The notes under the pieces are model-generated. The model was not told where the DNA came from and ran no database searches. It was given only the letters and a program-made list of their open reading frames with translations. A stretch of DNA of 28,081 nt. It comes from Pyrinomonadaceae bacterium. Lineage in GTDB: Bacteria; Acidobacteriota; Blastocatellia; Pyrinomonadales; Pyrinomonadaceae. The position numbers were made by a program, and so were the translations under genes. The stretch spans positions 1-28,081 of the forward strand of contig DATJKO010000231.1 of the NCBI GenBank assembly GCA_035491355.1, given 5' to 3'. Positions 24,594 to 28,081 of the stretch are shown here, in pieces (position 1 is the first letter of the stretch; every line of letters begins with the position of its first letter).

Positions 24594-25265
24594 TTAGCTC
24601 ACGACACTCGAGACGCTCGGAATCTCCGTTGCCTTGACGGCAGCGGCGTCGGCTGCGCGAAGCGGCTGCATCTTGGACGTGTCGAGCGGTTGATCTTCAA
24701 CCTTCTTGATTTCTTTCTTGGACTTATCCATGGCTGCGCTCATCTGCACCATTTTGCAGCTGCCCTCGAATACTGCTCCCTGCTCGATAATCAGCGATGG
24801 CGTCTGGATGTTCCCGTGTACTTTCGCGGCGCGGCCGAGTTCCAGCCGTTGCGTCGCGATGATATCGCCATTGATCGTGCCGTGAATCACAGCGACTGCG
24901 ACTTCGATATTCGCGTCGACTTTACCGTTCGCGCCGACGATCAACGTACCGCTCGTGGAACTGACGCGGCCCGACAGGTGGCCATCCACCCGCATCATCG
25001 CCTTGAAGTTAGCTTCACCAGTCACTACGGTTCCACCGCCGACGAAGCCACTAAGCGTTCCTTCCTTAATGTCGCGCGCGAGAGTTTCGCTCTCGGTCAT
25101 CGCGCCACGGGGCGTAGACGCCGCTTCGGTTGCCGGTTTTGCTTCAACACCTGTTCCCTGATAGGAGGAGTAGGTTTTGGCAGTGGAATAGTCAGGAACC
25201 TCCACTTTGTGGCTGGAGTGGTCGTTATCTTCCTGATCCTTGGGATTCTTTCCTATCCTGAGCAT
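24594..25265 (-). CDS. Bactofilin (polymer-forming cytoskeletal protein)
   Basis: SD GGAGG; GFVGGGTVVTGEANF...RVDGHLSGRV...LIVGANGKVDANI...IHGTINGDI...VHGNIQTPSLIIEQGAVFEGSC beta-helix. Confidence 0.93.
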   Translation of the reverse strand: MLRIGKNPKDQEDNDHSSHKVEVPDYSTAKTYSSYQGTGVEAKPATEAASTPRGAMTESETLARDIKEGTLSGFVGGGTVVTGEANFKAMMRVDGHLSGRVSSTSGTLIVGANGKVDANIEVAVAVIHGTINGDIIATQRLELGRAAKVHGNIQTPSLIIEQGAVFEGSCKMVQMSAAMDKSKKEIKKVEDQPLDTSKMQPLRAADAAAVKATEIPSVSSVVS

Positions 25266-25522
25266 TAGTTACCTCCGTAAATATGGGGGCGCGGATGTTT
25301 AGTCACCGGCTGTCGGAACCTTGAATCGACGAAACGACGCGCTTGCCTTTTTTCTGGATTGTTCGCTAGCTTTGGGTGCGAGCGACGAATGATGACCGCA
25401 CAGAAGCGGGCTAGTCATGATAGACAAACTCTGTTGTTACTGTCCAGCGGATATTTCCTAAATTTTGAGGACTGCCGCGTTATAATTCGGTTACAAAGCG
25501 ATACTTCTCCCGAATCAATAAA

Positions 25523-26326
25523 ATGCCTAGTGAAGACAAGACCAAGACCCGACTTTTGCGCCATATGGGCGAAGCCGTCGCCGACTTCGCGATGATCGAA
25601 GATGGCGACCGGATCATGGTCTGTATTTCCGGCGGTAAAGACAGTCACACGATGCTCGATTTGCTGCTCGACGTACAGCATCGCGCGCCCGTCCGCTTCG
25701 AGTTACTGGCCGTCAATCTCGATCAGAAACAACCCGGATTTCCCGCCCACGTGCTACCGGAGTACCTGGGGCGACTTGGCGTCCCGTTTCGCATCGTCGA
25801 GCAGGACACTTATTCAATCGTCAAACGATTGGTGCCGGAAGGTAAGACGTTCTGTGCCGTCTGCTCCCGTCTGCGTCGTGGAATTCTCTACAACGTCGCC
25901 GTCGAAGAAGGTTGTAACAAGATCGCGCTCGGTCATCATGCGGACGACATCATCGCCACGCTGCTGCTCAACCTCTTCTACGTCGGCTCGCTGAAAGCGA
26001 TGCCGCCGAAACTTCGGTCCAACGACGGGCGGAACACAGTGATTCGGCCGCTGGCTTATTGCTCCGAAACAGACATCGCGGAGTACGCGGAGGTTCGCCA
26101 GTTTCCAATCATTCCGTGCGACCTTTGCGGTTCGCAGTCGAATCTCAAACGAGTGAAGATCAAGAACCTGATCTCCGAACTCGAAACGGATATTCCCCAC
26201 ATCCGGGCGTCGATGCTGAACGCGCTCGGGAACGCCGTGCCGTCGCACCTACTGGACCATCAACTGTTCGATTTCAAGAACCTGCTTCACGCCGAGGTTG
26301 GCGATATCGAAGCCGAGCTGGAATAG
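25523..26326 (+). CDS. ttcA: tRNA 2-thiocytidine(32) synthetase TtcA
   Basis: PP-loop [49 protein letters not shown]. Confidence 0.95.
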   Translation: MPSEDKTKTRLLRHMGEAVADFAMIEDGDRIMVCISGGKDSHTMLDLLLDVQHRAPVRFELLAVNLDQKQPGFPAHVLPEYLGRLGVPFRIVEQDTYSIVKRLVPEGKTFCAVCSRLRRGILYNVAVEEGCNKIALGHHADDIIATLLLNLFYVGSLKAMPPKLRSNDGRNTVIRPLAYCSETDIAEYAEVRQFPIIPCDLCGSQSNLKRVKIKNLISELETDIPHIRASMLNALGNAVPSHLLDHQLFDFKNLLHAEVGDIEAELE

Positions 26327-26339
26327 GTGTAACTGTGCA

Positions 26340-27215
26340 ATGAAAGCCGTCGTTCCTGATTCCAGTGAATTCCCTCCCGGAACAGTCACTGAATATACGA
26401 CGCTGGTTTGTCTCGCCTGCATCTTCGACATCTTCACTAAACAGATCGGACTCGCACCACGATCCGCATATTCCGAAATCAAGCGTTACAGTCCGACGGT
26501 TGAAGAGTTGACGTCGCCGAAGGCGGTACGCCCGTTCTTCGATAGCGACGAGAAGCATCCGCGTTGTCCCTACTGCGACGCCGCGAAACGCTGGCACGCG
26601 CGCCTCGACACGCATTGCATCGAAGGCGGTAAGACTACTGACGCACCACGCCGCAAACTCGTGAAGAGTCTCGAGAAGAAGGGCGATCAGTTTGCGATTA
26701 CTGAGATGAAGTCTGATCGCCGGCGTGCGTTTTTTGACTGGCTCGACACGCTGCGCATCTCGATCGATCTGAGTAACGCCGAGTGGCTGTTCGCGGCAAC
26801 GAAAGCGTTTCTCGAACGCAAAGAACCGAAGCAGGATTGGGACTCGACGTTCGAGGGTTTGCGATCGATCCGGCCCTCCGCGAGGCTCGAAGACGGCTGG
26901 GAACATGAAGGATCGCGGCTGTTTCTGTCGCCTGCACTTTATAACGAGAGTTTGCTGGTGCAGTACCTCGTCAGCCGGTCACACGAGCATGGCGGACGTA
27001 CGCTGGCGGGCCGCTTGACGTTGATGGAGCTCATTCGGCGCCTGAGACGCGGTGGTTATCTCGAAGCGCACCAGATTTCAGACACGGACCAGTTTGAGAT
27101 CTTCGAAAAGATCGTCGATGAAGTCGCGGGATCGGGCAATCTGAAGCTGTATTACATCGTCGACCGTCGTGAGTTTCTCGACAAAGTAAAATCTGTGTAC
27201 GCGGCGTACGCGTGA
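26340..27215 (+). CDS. Hypothetical cytoplasmic protein with two CxxC motifs (possible Zn site)
   Basis: CLAC and CPYC motifs; long ORF 13 nt after ttcA; no family recognised. Confidence 0.75.
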   Translation: MKAVVPDSSEFPPGTVTEYTTLVCLACIFDIFTKQIGLAPRSAYSEIKRYSPTVEELTSPKAVRPFFDSDEKHPRCPYCDAAKRWHARLDTHCIEGGKTTDAPRRKLVKSLEKKGDQFAITEMKSDRRRAFFDWLDTLRISIDLSNAEWLFAATKAFLERKEPKQDWDSTFEGLRSIRPSARLEDGWEHEGSRLFLSPALYNESLLVQYLVSRSHEHGGRTLAGRLTLMELIRRLRRGGYLEAHQISDTDQFEIFEKIVDEVAGSGNLKLYYIVDRREFLDKVKSVYAAYA

Positions 27216-27285
27216 GTGAGTTTGTTCTTGGTTCTTTGTACTTGGTGCTTTGTTATAAGTACAAAGAACAAAGATCTAAGCTCAC
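27216..27285. repeat. Heptamer-armed inverted repeat between convergent genes, same family as 15092-15298
   Basis: Left: GTGAGTT TGTTCTT GGTTCTT TGTACTT GGTGCTT. Right arm read on minus: GTGAGCTT AGATCTT TGTTCTT TGTACTT. Confidence 0.85.
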
Positions 27286-27296
27286 TGCGGATCGAG

Positions 27297-28081
27297 TTAC
27301 CGCTGAAGCTTGTACTTGTCGATGAGTTGCTGCAAGCCTTTGGTCGATTGATTGTTGCGGTATTTGTAGTAATTCGTCAGGTCCGGGATTACTTGCTGCA
27401 TTAGCGTTTGGTACTCCGGCCGGCCGGTCGCAAGTGCGGCCGCGCGGGCGTAGGCGTCGATGATCGTGTCGAGCATGGCGTCGAGTCGCTTTAGCGTCTC
27501 CTTCTTCTCTTTCCCCTCCGGCAACGCTTCGTAAGCGTCCATCTGCTTCACATAGCCGGCGTGAATCACACGTCCGAGCAGGGCGAAGTTCGATGGATCG
27601 TCAGGACGCAATGTCGTCGCTTTCGTGAGGCGCGCTTTCGCTTCGTCAGTCCTGCCAGTGCCGAGATAGAGGATCGCGGTCTGTTGATACAGCTGGCCCA
27701 GGTTGGAACCGTATTCCTTCCAGGACTTATCGTCGAGCTTCTGCGGCTTCACGCCGGCTTCGATCAACGCGATCGCTTTGATTCCATATCCCAACGCAAC
27801 GTCAGCGTGCTCGCGATTTCGTTTGCGGACTTGTTCAGATCCCGCGCGGGTCATCTGCACCAGGACGTATAAGTCGTCCGGATCGCGTGCGAGTAACTCA
27901 GCTGCCAACTTGAACGCATCGTTTGCTCGGTTGCCAGTCGCGTACGCTTCGAGCGCCACGGGCTTGAGGACTTCGCGTTCGTCGTCGTTGGTGAAGATCG
28001 CCTGCGCGCGCTCGACGAGGGTGATCGCAACCGTGCCGTTTTGTACTTTCAGGATCTCGGCGGCTACCAGTTCGGCGGCCT
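27297..28081 (-). CDS. TPR-like alpha-helical protein, 5'-truncated by window edge
   Basis: Frame stays open upstream of the listed GTG (AAELVAAEILKVQNG...); YQQTAILYLGTGRTDEAKARLTKATTLRPDDPSNFALLG is a TPR-like unit. Confidence 0.75.
   Translation of the reverse strand, partial: AAELVAAEILKVQNGTVAITLVERAQAIFTNDDEREVLKPVALEAYATGNRANDAFKLAAELLARDPDDLYVLVQMTRAGSEQVRKRNREHADVALGYGIKAIALIEAGVKPQKLDDKSWKEYGSNLGQLYQQTAILYLGTGRTDEAKARLTKATTLRPDDPSNFALLGRVIHAGYVKQMDAYEALPEGKEKKETLKRLDAMLDTIIDAYARAAALATGRPEYQTLMQQVIPDLTNYYKYRNNQSTKGLQQLIDKYKLQR

Noticed and set aside
26274-26906. 210-aa minus-strand ORF and other long antisense ORFs (e.g. 5047-5682, 9122-9892, 12498-13205, 24690-25268)
   Set aside because: They lie opposite well-supported genes, have no recognisable motifs, and are expected in GC-rich DNA.
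1-28081. Prophage, IS element, defence system, tRNA or rRNA
   Set aside because: No integrase, transposase, phage or defence motifs, and no cloverleaf or rRNA-like segment were recognised by eye.

Overview
Bacterial chromosomal window of mostly housekeeping genes, GC-rich in coding regions. The VWFA-related 'acidobacterial' protein, the OmpA-type protein and Pro/Thr-rich exported proteins suggest Acidobacteriota, possibly Blastocatellia (inference). It starts inside a 2-oxoacid dehydrogenase operon: E1 alpha, an intervening retropepsin-like protease gene, E1 beta, and an E2 whose frame is broken by one in-frame TAA. Next come OmpA-like and VWA genes, a lipB-dehydratase-lipA-MDR operon, a GT-C/STT3-like membrane protein coupled to a lipoprotein, a response regulator, a histone H1-like protein and hydrolases. 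The last part holds a perR-peroxiredoxin-ykuV oxidative-stress unit, a HEAT-cyclophilin / M1 pseudo-peptidase / DUF4112 unit, bactofilin, ttcA and unknown genes. I saw no transposase, integrase, tRNA, rRNA or CRISPR array. Four signals stand out. (1) A family of intergenic 7-nt-period repeat elements with inverted arms; three of the arms begin exactly on a gene's TGA stop codon. (2) An oligosaccharyltransferase-like gene overlapping a lipoprotein with tandem N-x-T sequons. (3) An exported M1 peptidase homologue lacking its catalytic Glu. (4) The split E2.
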